From Clostridia bacterium (lineage in GTDB: Bacteria; Bacillota; Clostridia; Christensenellales; UBA3700): 64,000 nt of DNA. The stretch covers positions 8,904-72,903 of the forward strand of contig JAIDUV010000049.1 in the NCBI GenBank assembly GCA_029060025.1, written 5' to 3'. A model generated the notes under the pieces. That model was not told the origin of the DNA. It ran no database searches and saw only the letters and a program-made list of their open reading frames with translations. Positions 27,213-35,875 of this stretch are shown one piece after another. Positions within the stretch are counted from its first letter, which is position 1. Each line of letters starts with the position of its first letter. The translations under genes were made by a program, and so were the position numbers.

Positions 27213-28112
27213 TTATGCCCCATACTTACTCAACACTTCCCCAAGCGAACTCTTCGTTGCGTCTCTATTTATTCTTTTGAGAAGATAAAGACTGCGTCTG
27301 CCGTAGATATGATTTATACCCTCATTGCAAGTCAAAGTCATTACTATTCCCTTGTCTTTGAGCACGCTCTCGCTTATTTTCGTATACTTGCCGTAGGGAT
27401 AAGCGTAGATATTGGATGTCACTCCCAATTCACCAAGTTTATCAACTAGTTTTTGCGTATCACTCGAAAATGCCTGCTTATACGCTTCATCACTCTCGCT
27501 ATTAAGTTGAGATACGCCAAGTCTTGGACGAGTGTTGTGCATAGAATATGAGTGAAGACCTATCTCTACGTTAGCATTTTTAGATACTTGCGCAATGTCG
27601 TTCCAACCAAAGTATATAAAGTCTCCTCCGCCCTTTCCGTTTTTATCAAACAAGGTATAATCGCCCACTACGGAAAACAGCCCGCTGTAGCCAAATTCTT
27701 CAAGTAGCGGCAACGCATAAGTCATATTGTTGAGATACCCATCGTCGAAAGTCAAAATCACTGCTTTATCAGGAAGCGCCGTTCCGTTGTCAACGTACTT
27801 GATAAGACTTTGACAACTAATTACGTTATATCCATTATTCTTGAGATACTCAAAGTCTTTTCGCAAACTATCTTGATTGATGCAATACACGCTTTGTTTT
27901 TTTCCTTTTGCCAAAGTGTTGTGATACATCAAAATCGTCAAGTCACCTAGACAAGTCTGCGAAACCTCGCCTGTACTTGCCGTTGTTTGCTCTTGACTTT
28001 CCACGCTCAATAGCGTCGTTGCGGTATTCTCGCCGCCTTTGCTAAAAATACCAAATCCAAGCGCCGTCAGCGCCAAAAACAAACATATAATACTCAAAGC
28101 AACTCTTTTCAT
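27213..28112 (-). CDS. Polysaccharide deacetylase family protein (secreted)
   Basis: Start at ATG 28112 (MKRVALSIICLFLALTALG signal, RBS ggagag). LTFDDGY NodB motif. Confidence 0.8.
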   Translation of the reverse strand: MKRVALSIICLFLALTALGFGIFSKGGENTATTLLSVESQEQTTASTGEVSQTCLGDLTILMYHNTLAKGKKQSVYCINQDSLRKDFEYLKNNGYNVISCQSLIKYVDNGTALPDKAVILTFDDGYLNNMTYALPLLEEFGYSGLFSVVGDYTLFDKNGKGGGDFIYFGWNDIAQVSKNANVEIGLHSYSMHNTRPRLGVSQLNSESDEAYKQAFSSDTQKLVDKLGELGVTSNIYAYPYGKYTKISESVLKDKGIVMTLTCNEGINHIYGRRSLYLLKRINRDATKSSLGEVLSKYGA

Positions 28113-28207
28113 ACGTATCTCTCCGCTGTCTTTTACCTGCTTTCGCAACAACTTCTGGAAATCAAAGGCAAAAGGCATTATTCCTATATTGTGAAACTAT
28201 ATCGGTT

Positions 28208-28906
28208 TTATACAGTCAAAGCGTCGGATAATACGCCTGCAATTACGCCGCAAAGTTCCCTACAGTATTCTTGCGATAAAAGCAATCTTTCGTCTTCGGC
28301 GTTGGATATAAAACCGCACTCGATTATTATCGACGGAACTTTTACGCACTTGGTAATAAAGAGGTCTCCGCCAATTGCCTCATAATCGTCTCTGCCGCTG
28401 TATTTTGCGTTGATATTTTGATTTATACTGCGCTGCATACTCTCCGCAAAGTCTTTGCCCACGCCGGTGTCGTCATAAAAGACTTGGGCTCCTCTGCGCG
28501 ACGAATCGGAAAATCTATTGACGTGAAGACTTATAACTGCGCTTGGCGCCGTCTTGACTATAATATCCTTGCGCGCCTGCATATCCAGTCTTTTAATATT
28601 GTTGAGGGCGTCCTTAGTTGTTCTCGTCATAACTACGCCTATTCCACTACTCTCAAGTATATTTTGCAATATCCCCGCCATTTTGAGATTTATATCGCTC
28701 TCTTTGACGCCTTGACTGCCCACGACTCCGCCGTCAATACCGCCGTGACCTGCGTCTATCACGACGGTATGCTCATAGATTTTCCCAACCGGCTGCGATT
28801 TTTGCGCAAAAATACACACTCCGCAGATACTTGCCGTAACCGCGATAATAGCAATAATTACAACCGCGACAATATACTTCTTTTTTGTTATAAATACCAT
28901 AATCAA
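28208..28906 (-). CDS. N-acetylmuramoyl-L-alanine amidase (Amidase_3, CwlD-like)
   Basis: 232 aa with an N-terminal TM segment. VVIDAGHGGIDGG, ISLHVN, ECGFISN. Confidence 0.85.
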   Translation of the reverse strand: MIMVFITKKKYIVAVVIIAIIAVTASICGVCIFAQKSQPVGKIYEHTVVIDAGHGGIDGGVVGSQGVKESDINLKMAGILQNILESSGIGVVMTRTTKDALNNIKRLDMQARKDIIVKTAPSAVISLHVNRFSDSSRRGAQVFYDDTGVGKDFAESMQRSINQNINAKYSGRDDYEAIGGDLFITKCVKVPSIIIECGFISNAEDERLLLSQEYCRELCGVIAGVLSDALTV

Positions 28907-29117
28907 CCTACCTAATATTCAGTTTATTAAAAATCTTTTTATCTATGCAGAAAATATTAAGATTTTTGCGACAAAACAGCAATTTTTTTATATGTATTTT
29001 TGCGGAAAGAGCCATCGCAAGTTTGCACAATTTAGGAATGGATATGGAATTTTTCAAAATGAGTAATTTTGCACTCCAAAACGGCTTTTTTCAAAAATTT
29101 TCCCCCAAAATGCCGAC

Positions 29118-29161
29118 TTATCCACATACTTATCCACAAAAACAAGTGTTCGTGTGGATAA
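29118..29161. promoter_or_regulatory. Cluster of three perfect DnaA boxes
   Basis: TTATCCACA at 29118-29126 and 29130-29138, and TGTGGATAA (inverted) at 29153-29161. Lies in the 570-bp divergent gap between the amidase and the WYL regulator. Confidence 0.7.
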
Positions 29162-29425
29162 CTCGCCCATTTCCCCACCCTATTACATTATTATGTATAT
29201 GTGTCGAAATTTGTAGATTTTCGTCAAGTTTTGTCTCAACGATTACTCAATTTTTGTTTAAAAAATCATATATGGATTTTTGCGGAAAACAAGCATAATT
29301 AGACTAACACCAAGCGGAAAAACCAAAACAATTCTTTATAATTTTACTTTGATTTTTTAAAAATATCCGTCTTAGATTTTTTTTGAATTTGACTTCTACT
29401 GTCCAAAAAAAGTTACATCTTGCTC

Positions 29426-29454
29426 TTGTAAATATATAGAAAATCTGCTACAAT
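29426..29454 (+). promoter_or_regulatory. Candidate promoter of the WYL regulator gene
   Basis: TTGTAA, 17 nt, TACAAT, 25 nt upstream of the ATG. Confidence 0.4.
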
Positions 29455-29478
29455 TATAGAAAAACCTGCGAGGACAAT

Positions 29479-30459
29479 ATGGCTGGGCTAAAACAAAAGA
29501 TTAAGATACTAAAATTGCACGAAATTCTCTCCAATAAGAGTGACGAGGCAAATCCCCTGTCCACACAGGATCTGATAGAACTGCTAAAAGCCGAAGGCAT
29601 AAGCGTAGAGCGCAAGACGCTCTATGACGACATTGACCTGCTTAACAAATGCGGATATGAAGTTATGCAAATACGTAAAAAACAAAATATGTATTACGTC
29701 AGCGATAGAAATTTTGACACGGCGGAAGTGCGTATTCTCATTGATGCAGTGGAGGCGGCAAGTTTTATCACCAAAGAGAAAACCGACAGACTGACTGACA
29801 AAATTGCTTCGCTCGCAGGCTCGCACAAAGGCGAAGTTATCAAAAATAATATCGTCGTATTTGACACGACCAAGCGCGACAACGAACAAATCTATTACAA
29901 CGTATTCAATATAAACGAAGCAATAATAGCCAAGAAAAAAATCAGTTTTAAGTACTATAAATTCAACGCTAAAGGCGAAAAGATAGCGATGCACGGAGAC
30001 AAGCCGTATGTCGTCAATCCCATTGCTACTATGGTGAGCAACGACAACTACTATCTCATTTGCGAAAGTGACAAATACAGGAACATAGCGCATTACCGTA
30101 TCGACAGAATGGAAAACGTCAAAATTACCCGAGATGATTTAGTCCTTCCTGACGAACTCAAAGATTTTGACCCGCGCAAAAATAAAAAACAAATCTTTTC
30201 GATGTTCCTTGGCAAAACGCAAAATATCACCTTTGAAATCGAGCCCGACATAGTAGAAGTTATATTCGACAAGTTCGGTAAAACTACCAAACTCTCCCCT
30301 TACGGTGATAAGTATCGTTTTACGACAGAAATTCAAATAAGTGACGCTTTCTTCGGTTGGTGCTTGGGACTAGGCACAAAGATAGAAATCATCTCCCCAC
30401 GAGACGTCAAAGCGCAATATCTGCAACTGCTGCACAACGTAATCTGCAAATATAAATAA
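29479..30459 (+). CDS. HTH-WYL-WCX transcriptional regulator
   Basis: 326 aa. N-terminal wHTH (LSTQDLIELLKAEGISVERKTLYDDIDLL) and central WYL-type domain ending NIAHYRIDRMENVKI. Confidence 0.7.
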   Translation: MAGLKQKIKILKLHEILSNKSDEANPLSTQDLIELLKAEGISVERKTLYDDIDLLNKCGYEVMQIRKKQNMYYVSDRNFDTAEVRILIDAVEAASFITKEKTDRLTDKIASLAGSHKGEVIKNNIVVFDTTKRDNEQIYYNVFNINEAIIAKKKISFKYYKFNAKGEKIAMHGDKPYVVNPIATMVSNDNYYLICESDKYRNIAHYRIDRMENVKITRDDLVLPDELKDFDPRKNKKQIFSMFLGKTQNITFEIEPDIVEVIFDKFGKTTKLSPYGDKYRFTTEIQISDAFFGWCLGLGTKIEIISPRDVKAQYLQLLHNVICKYK

Positions 30460-30460
30460 C

Positions 30461-30675
30461 AGTTTGGCAAAAAGGGAGGCTAGTCAAATCCAAAATACGT
30501 CTTTTCCGCCAATACAGCATTTGGCTCACGCCGACGTACGGCTAGTACGACGACGCTCGTCAAAGACTATCTTGACATAAAATCCGTTATTTTATTCTTT
30601 GCCTATCTCCCTTCTCGCCAAACGAGATAGGGCTCATTCTTTTGAAACTGCCAACTAAACAATATTTTAATATAT
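30461..30675 (+). repeat. ~215-nt hairpin-rich element, copy L (candidate structured RNA or MITE)
   Basis: Begins 2 nt after the WYL stop. Aligns end to end with the reverse complement of 35657-35875 (roughly 85-90 % identical by eye). Several hairpins have conserved stems and variable loops. Confidence 0.8.
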
Positions 30676-30711
30676 AATAAGAAAATAAGAAATCAATATT
30701 TTTTACATTTT

Positions 30712-30749
30712 GTCATTTCGACTGTAGCGAAGCGTAATGGAGAAATCTC
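30712..30749 (+). repeat. REP-like unit, long form
   Basis: gtcatttcgactgtagcgaagcgtaatggagaaatctc, followed by a partial type C copy (30757-30776). Confidence 0.85.
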
Positions 30750-30837
30750 TATCCGCTTAATAAGTACCAATAAAATACGCTATTGCTCCCGACACCATCA
30801 AATTAAATGCAAAATTCATTGCCGAAACAGCCAAATA

Positions 30838-32331
30838 TTATTCCGATTGAGATTCCTCTACTTCACTTGTAATGCTGTCGGATTTTTCCGCCGTATCTTC
30901 TTGATTTTCGCTCTCCTCGCTAAAAGTGAGTGATAAATTCTCTTTCGGATATGCCGAAAGCATAGGCATAATACTCTCGTCCTTTTGCCTTGCAAAATAA
31001 TTGCGTGTAATTCTTGTTATCGTACCTCCGAGGAGCAACAAGGCAATGAGGTTGGGAATTGCCATAAGTCCGTTGAAAAGATCTGCCATATCCCACACAA
31101 GAGACACGCTCGTCAATGCGCCGACTATCACTAGTGCAACGTAAATTATCTTGAATATTATCGAATATTTTTTGCCAAAAATAAATTCAAAAGATTTCTC
31201 GCCGTAATATACCCACGAAAGTATCGTAGTAAAGGCAAACAGCGGAAGCATAATGCTGAATACCACCGTGCCAAACTGTCCAAACGATTGCGTAAACGCC
31301 GACTGCGACAGCATTGCTCCGCTTACATCAGCGCCCTGCGTATAAACCCCGCTAGTCAATATGACGAGAGCCGTCAAAGTGCAAATCACTATCGTGTCCA
31401 AGAATACCCCGAAGATACCCCACAAGCCCTGCTGAACAGGCTCTTTTACTGAAGACGCGCTGTGCGCAATGACAGAACTGCCAAGTCCCGCTTCGTTGGA
31501 GAAGATACCTCTTGCCAAACCGTAGCGCATAGACCGCATTATCGCATAGCCAAGCACTCCCCCTCCCACGGCTTGAAAACTAAACGCGTTTTTGAAAATC
31601 TGTCCAAATGCCGAGGGTATTGCCTTTACGTTCATAAAGATTATTATCAAGGCAAGCAATATAAAGCCAAGGCACATAAAGGGAATTATATACGACGTAA
31701 TCTTGCCAATGCGCTTGATACCGCCTATTATTATCAACGCAATCATTATTGCCACTACAACGCCGCTCACCCATTTGGGTATGCTAAAACCTCCATTCAG
31801 GGTATCGGCAATGGTATTGATTTGCACCATATTCATACCAAAAGCCGCAAACATACAAAAAATCGAGAATAGTATTGCCAGCCATTTCCAGCCCAAGCCC
31901 TCGGATATGTAATACATCGGACCGCCTCTGTATTCGCCGTCCTTGCCCTTCTTGCGATAATACACGCCGAGCACGTTTTCGGCAAAATTAGTAAACATAC
32001 CCACAAATGCCGAAAGCCACATCCAGAACACGGCTCCCGGACCGCCTGACAGTATTGCCGTCGCGACGCCTACTATATTGCCGGTGCCTACCGTACCTGC
32101 AATCGCAGTGGAAAACGCCTCAAATTGCGAAATTCCGTCACCCTTTTTCTTGTTTTTCCTACCTATACCCGACAAAGTCTTGCCTATCGTATTCTTGACC
32201 GCATAAGGAAACTTCGTGACTTGCGTAAAACGGTTGCGTACGGTAAGATAAATACCCACACCCAATATGAGTATTATCATCGGTACGCCCCAAAGAATAT
32301 TGTCATTGATAAACTGTATGACTTTCTGCAA
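30838..32331 (-). CDS. Alanine/glycine:cation symporter (AGCS family)
   Basis: 497 aa, polytopic. N-terminus FINDNILWGVPMIILILGVGIYLTVRNRFTQV and ISQFEAFSTAIAGTVGTGNIVGVATAI are typical of AGCS. Confidence 0.85.
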   Translation of the reverse strand: MQKVIQFINDNILWGVPMIILILGVGIYLTVRNRFTQVTKFPYAVKNTIGKTLSGIGRKNKKKGDGISQFEAFSTAIAGTVGTGNIVGVATAILSGGPGAVFWMWLSAFVGMFTNFAENVLGVYYRKKGKDGEYRGGPMYYISEGLGWKWLAILFSIFCMFAAFGMNMVQINTIADTLNGGFSIPKWVSGVVVAIMIALIIIGGIKRIGKITSYIIPFMCLGFILLALIIIFMNVKAIPSAFGQIFKNAFSFQAVGGGVLGYAIMRSMRYGLARGIFSNEAGLGSSVIAHSASSVKEPVQQGLWGIFGVFLDTIVICTLTALVILTSGVYTQGADVSGAMLSQSAFTQSFGQFGTVVFSIMLPLFAFTTILSWVYYGEKSFEFIFGKKYSIIFKIIYVALVIVGALTSVSLVWDMADLFNGLMAIPNLIALLLLGGTITRITRNYFARQKDESIMPMLSAYPKENLSLTFSEESENQEDTAEKSDSITSEVEESQSE

Positions 32332-32621
32332 AATTTACTCCAATCTCAATTGTATACATTATAGCATATAATTCATATAAAAACAATCTAATATAGTAAT
32401 TAGCAACGATAATTATAATCTTGAAATAATAAAAATAATTCGTTATTTTTTTAACATATATTTTGCACAAATATGTCGATTAAACTACAGACTTAACAAA
32501 ATATGTTTGCATAAATTTTACAGATTTACAAAAAAATAATCAAATTTTAAATAAATATTTACATTCGCGCTATTCAATGATACAATAAGAGTATCAAAAA
32601 TATTATAGGAGGCAAACAACT

Positions 32622-32942
32622 ATGAAAAAGAAAGTCGTTCTTTCTGTTGCCGTTGTACTTTTGGTAGTTATGGTAGCAGTTATGTGCGTTGCTTGTACGC
32701 CAAGCCAAAAGAGTGTAATCGACAAGTTTAAAGGTGAAGAGTACCTTGTTGTAGGTGGTGAAACCGCTAAGGTAATTACTGCAACTAAAGTAGGCAGAAA
32801 AATCGTTATTACTTGGTTTGACAACGAAGATGACGCAAAAGAGGCTTACGATGCTGCTCTTAAACTCGGCACAAAAGAGACAGTTAAAAGAAAGGGCAAT
32901 GCAGTAGCAGTTGGCGATGCTGATTCTATCAAGATTTTTTAA
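32622..32942 (+). CDS. Small lipoprotein, family unknown (paralogue 1)
   Basis: 106 aa. RBS aggagg, lipobox CVAC. ITWFDNEDDAKEAYDAA...VKRKGNAVAVGDADSIKIF. Confidence 0.7.
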   Translation: MKKKVVLSVAVVLLVVMVAVMCVACTPSQKSVIDKFKGEEYLVVGGETAKVITATKVGRKIVITWFDNEDDAKEAYDAALKLGTKETVKRKGNAVAVGDADSIKIF

Positions 32943-33132
32943 TTAAATCTTATCAGTTAATCCCCGCAAGTCGCAAACTGCGACAATGTGATTAGGTTAA
33001 AATATGGAATGTTGAGGCGTAACGAAAGTTGCGCCTTTGCTTTTAATTATAATAGACTTTTAACAACGTTGCCTCTTTACATTCTTAAAAAACTGATGTA
33101 TAATATCAATAAAGAATTATCGCGAGGTAAAA

Positions 33133-33480
33133 ATGAACAGAAAAGGCGTAATAATCCTGTCTTCCCTATTGATATGTTTTTTGATTGTACTTACCTGCGG
33201 ACTTGCCTTTACGTCAGTGACTCCAAGTAAAGAAAGAGTCACCAACAAATACATAAAGGCTGGCTATACTCACGCTTATTTTGATTTTGGAGACTATTCA
33301 ATACGCAACTATACCAAGGACGATAAAAGCGTACTTATTATTTGGTACGGTGACGAAAAATTAGCGGAGAAAAGTCTCTATACGGCAAATAAAGTAAAGG
33401 ACGATAAATTTGTAGTGAAGCGAGGCAATGCTCTTGCAATAGGCTATGAGGACGATATAAAAATTTTTCAATTTGCTTAA
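33133..33480 (+). CDS. Small exported/membrane-anchored protein (paralogue 2)
   Basis: 115 aa. IIWYGDEKLAEKSLYTA...VVKRGNALAIGYEDDIKIF parallels the 32622 product. Confidence 0.65.
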   Translation: MNRKGVIILSSLLICFLIVLTCGLAFTSVTPSKERVTNKYIKAGYTHAYFDFGDYSIRNYTKDDKSVLIIWYGDEKLAEKSLYTANKVKDDKFVVKRGNALAIGYEDDIKIFQFA

Positions 33481-33497
33481 CGTATATAAAAAGTGTC

Positions 33498-33547
33498 GTC
33501 ATTGACGCTCGCACGAGATGTCATTTCGACCGCAGTGGAGAAATCTC
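33498..33547 (+). repeat. Type B head fused to a type A middle-form unit
   Basis: gtcattgacgctcgcacgag + at + gtcatttcgaccgcagtggagaaatctc. Confidence 0.8.
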
Positions 33548-33556
33548 ATACGGATT

Positions 33557-33583
33557 AGACCTCTCGACTACGCTCGAGGTGAC
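33557..33583 (-). repeat. REP-like unit, reverse orientation
   Basis: Reverse complement is gtcacctcgagcgtagtcgagaggtct. Confidence 0.75.
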
Positions 33584-33613
33584 ATAGAAAATAAGTGAAG
33601 TGACAAATCTTTT

Positions 33614-33651
33614 GTCATTTCGACCGAAACGAAGCGTAATGGAGAAATCTC
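33614..33651 (+). repeat. REP-like unit, long form
   Basis: gtcatttcgaccgaaacgaagcgtaatggagaaatctc. Confidence 0.85.
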
Positions 33652-33700
33652 TATCAGTAAAAAAATATAAAATAATATAGACCATAAAAAGGGGTTAATT

Positions 33701-35326
33701 ATGAAACGAAACGGTATGTGTCCCGCGTGTTATCTCAAAATGCTGCTGACGCCTGGCAAAAGAGAAGCAAAACTTGATATTGGAGAAAAGTACGACAACG
33801 GCGTTGCGCTCACTCCCCCAATGGGTTGGGCAAGTTGGAATACATTCAAAAATAATATCGACGAAGACTTGATTTACGACACCGGCAAGGCTATGGTGGA
33901 AAAAGGCTTGCTTGACGCAGGATATAAATTTATAAATCTTGACGACAACTGGCACTCAAATATGCGCGACGAAAACGGCAATTTACAAGGCGACTTAGTA
34001 CGTTTTAAAAACGGTATTCCCTCTCTCGTTGCAAAACTCAACGACTTGGGGCTCAAAGTCGGTATATATTCGTCCAACGGAACTTTGACCTGCGAAAACT
34101 TGCCTGCGTCTCTCCATAACGAAGAAAAAGACGCTCTCAACTTCGCTCGTTGGGGTATCGAATATTTCAAGTACGACTTTTGCCACAACGAGCAATATAG
34201 CAAATACGCTCCGCTCGTCTACGCCTTAGAAATAGTAAAGGTGGGCGAAAGACAAGGTATCGTCGTCAATTGCAAAGAAGCAAAACTTGACGGACTTGCC
34301 AAGTTTATGCCGGAAAACAGACTTGAAGGCGGATATTATATCTCGGGTCTTGACAAGGCAAGAGGCGTTGCGACTTTTAACAATGTGGTCGTTGACGAAG
34401 AAGGAGATTACGTCTTGACGATATGTACCAAAAAATTCGGTTGGTACAACAAGACTCTCGTCGCAAAAGTCAACGGCGTAAATCATATCTATGAATTCCC
34501 CCACCAAAAATTCTGGAACTTGACCGCAAGATTTCAGCAAATCGTACATCTAAATAAAGGCACCAACGTCATTGAGATTTTCAATCCGGTGACTTGCCGC
34601 GCAGACTCCGCAGCCCTTCAATATTACAAAATGGGTCAAGCGCTCAAAAAAGCCACTAAGAGAGTTGCTCTTGAGCGTGGCGAAGAGGAAAAACCAATCA
34701 CATTTTCTATCTGCGAATGGGGACTCAACAAGCCGTATAAATGGGGCGCAAAAGCCGGCAATCTGTGGCGCACCACCCCCGACATCAACCCAAATTGGAA
34801 TTGGATAGTATTGCTATACAAACACACATCTAAGTTGTATCAATACTCTGGCGTAGGCGGTTGGAACGACCCCGATATGCTTGAAGTAGGCAACGGCAAA
34901 TTGACGTACGACCAAAACAAATCTCACTTCAGCGTTTGGTGTATGCTCAACGCTCCTCTAATACTCGGCAATGACTTAAGAAGCGTAAAGCAAGACGTAA
35001 TCGACATAGTCACCAACAAGAATATGATTGCCATAAATCAAGACCCGCTAGGCAAACAAGCCAAGGTAATCAAACGAAGCGGCGGCGTAGATATTCTTGC
35101 AAAACCGCTCTCAAACGACAGGACGGCAATATGTGTTTTCAATATGCGTGGTGGCAACAAAAAAGTATCTGTCGACCTGCAAAAAATCGTCGACGACGAA
35201 TACGTCAAAATGAATCACAAAAACCAATATACACTCACCGAGCAATGGAACGGCGAAACAATCAAAACTGACAGAAAGTTTACGGTAAATCTAAACTCCT
35301 ACGAAGTAAAAGTATATATCGTGTGA
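33701..35326 (+). CDS. Alpha-galactosidase (GH27)
   Basis: 541 aa. PPMGWASWNTF, YFKYDFC (nucleophile region), CEWG, WNDPDMLEVG. Confidence 0.85.
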   Translation: MKRNGMCPACYLKMLLTPGKREAKLDIGEKYDNGVALTPPMGWASWNTFKNNIDEDLIYDTGKAMVEKGLLDAGYKFINLDDNWHSNMRDENGNLQGDLVRFKNGIPSLVAKLNDLGLKVGIYSSNGTLTCENLPASLHNEEKDALNFARWGIEYFKYDFCHNEQYSKYAPLVYALEIVKVGERQGIVVNCKEAKLDGLAKFMPENRLEGGYYISGLDKARGVATFNNVVVDEEGDYVLTICTKKFGWYNKTLVAKVNGVNHIYEFPHQKFWNLTARFQQIVHLNKGTNVIEIFNPVTCRADSAALQYYKMGQALKKATKRVALERGEEEKPITFSICEWGLNKPYKWGAKAGNLWRTTPDINPNWNWIVLLYKHTSKLYQYSGVGGWNDPDMLEVGNGKLTYDQNKSHFSVWCMLNAPLILGNDLRSVKQDVIDIVTNKNMIAINQDPLGKQAKVIKRSGGVDILAKPLSNDRTAICVFNMRGGNKKVSVDLQKIVDDEYVKMNHKNQYTLTEQWNGETIKTDRKFTVNLNSYEVKVYIV

Positions 35327-35377
35327 ATTGCGCTTTGTTATTTTAAGTAACACAATTATTTATGATATATTATTTTA

Positions 35378-35404
35378 GTCACTCGACTGTAGCGGAGAGG
35401 TCTC
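35378..35404 (+). repeat. REP-like unit, degenerate middle form
   Basis: gtcactcgactgtagcggagaggtctc. Confidence 0.65.
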
Positions 35405-35454
35405 TATCCGATTATTTAAAAATAAATAATAAAGAACTGTCGAATATGCAAAAC

Positions 35455-35485
35455 AAAAAAGCGCATCTCTGATACGCTTTTTAAT
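35455..35485 (+). terminator. Terminator downstream of GH27 gene
   Basis: AGCGCATC tct GATACGCT (7 of 8 bp) followed by TTTTT, with an A-run upstream. Confidence 0.5.
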
Positions 35486-35656
35486 TTAATCGTTGCGATA
35501 GCAACATATAACTTATCTAGATTAAATTTAATTGCCTGTACCTATCCCCATTTCACGTTTGGCGAGAAAGGAGCGGCGTAAGTTTTTAACGCGCAGGAAT
35601 GTTTTCTATACAATGAAAACGAACGCGGGCTTAACCTTTCTGTACACAACTCCTTA

Positions 35657-35875
35657 ATATATTTTAAATCTTGTTTAGTTGGCAACCTCGAAAGAATAAG
35701 TTTCCCCTCTCGTTTGGCGAGAAGGGAGATAGGCAAAGAATAAAATAGCGAATTTTTTGTCAAGATGGTCTTCGGCGAGCGTCGTCGTACTTGCTGTACG
35801 TCGGCGTGAGCCAAAGGCTAGATTGGCGGAAAAGACGCATTTTAGTTTTGACTAGCCTCACTTCGAGGCAAACGC
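35657..35875 (-). repeat. ~215-nt hairpin-rich element, copy R (inverted relative to copy L)
   Basis: Its first ~18 nt overlap the last codons and TGA of the aspartate kinase gene. A partial extra copy of the CTCGCCAAACG hairpin lies at 35541-35575. Confidence 0.8.

Noticed and set aside
29118-29161. The DnaA-box cluster as the chromosomal origin (oriC).
   Set aside because: No dnaA, dnaN or other origin-linked gene is nearby. Gene orientation is predominantly minus on both sides, so there is no leading-strand switch. It cannot be fully excluded without GC skew of the whole replicon.
28945-29298. 117-aa ORF covering the DnaA-box region.
   Set aside because: No RBS and a low-complexity Phe/Cys-rich product. 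Its frame simply spans the repeated ATTTTTGCG words and the DnaA boxes, so I treat the region as non-coding.
35542-35814. 90-aa ORF inside copy R of the 215-nt element.
   Set aside because: There is no equivalent ORF in copy L, no RBS, and the reading frame crosses the predicted hairpins.
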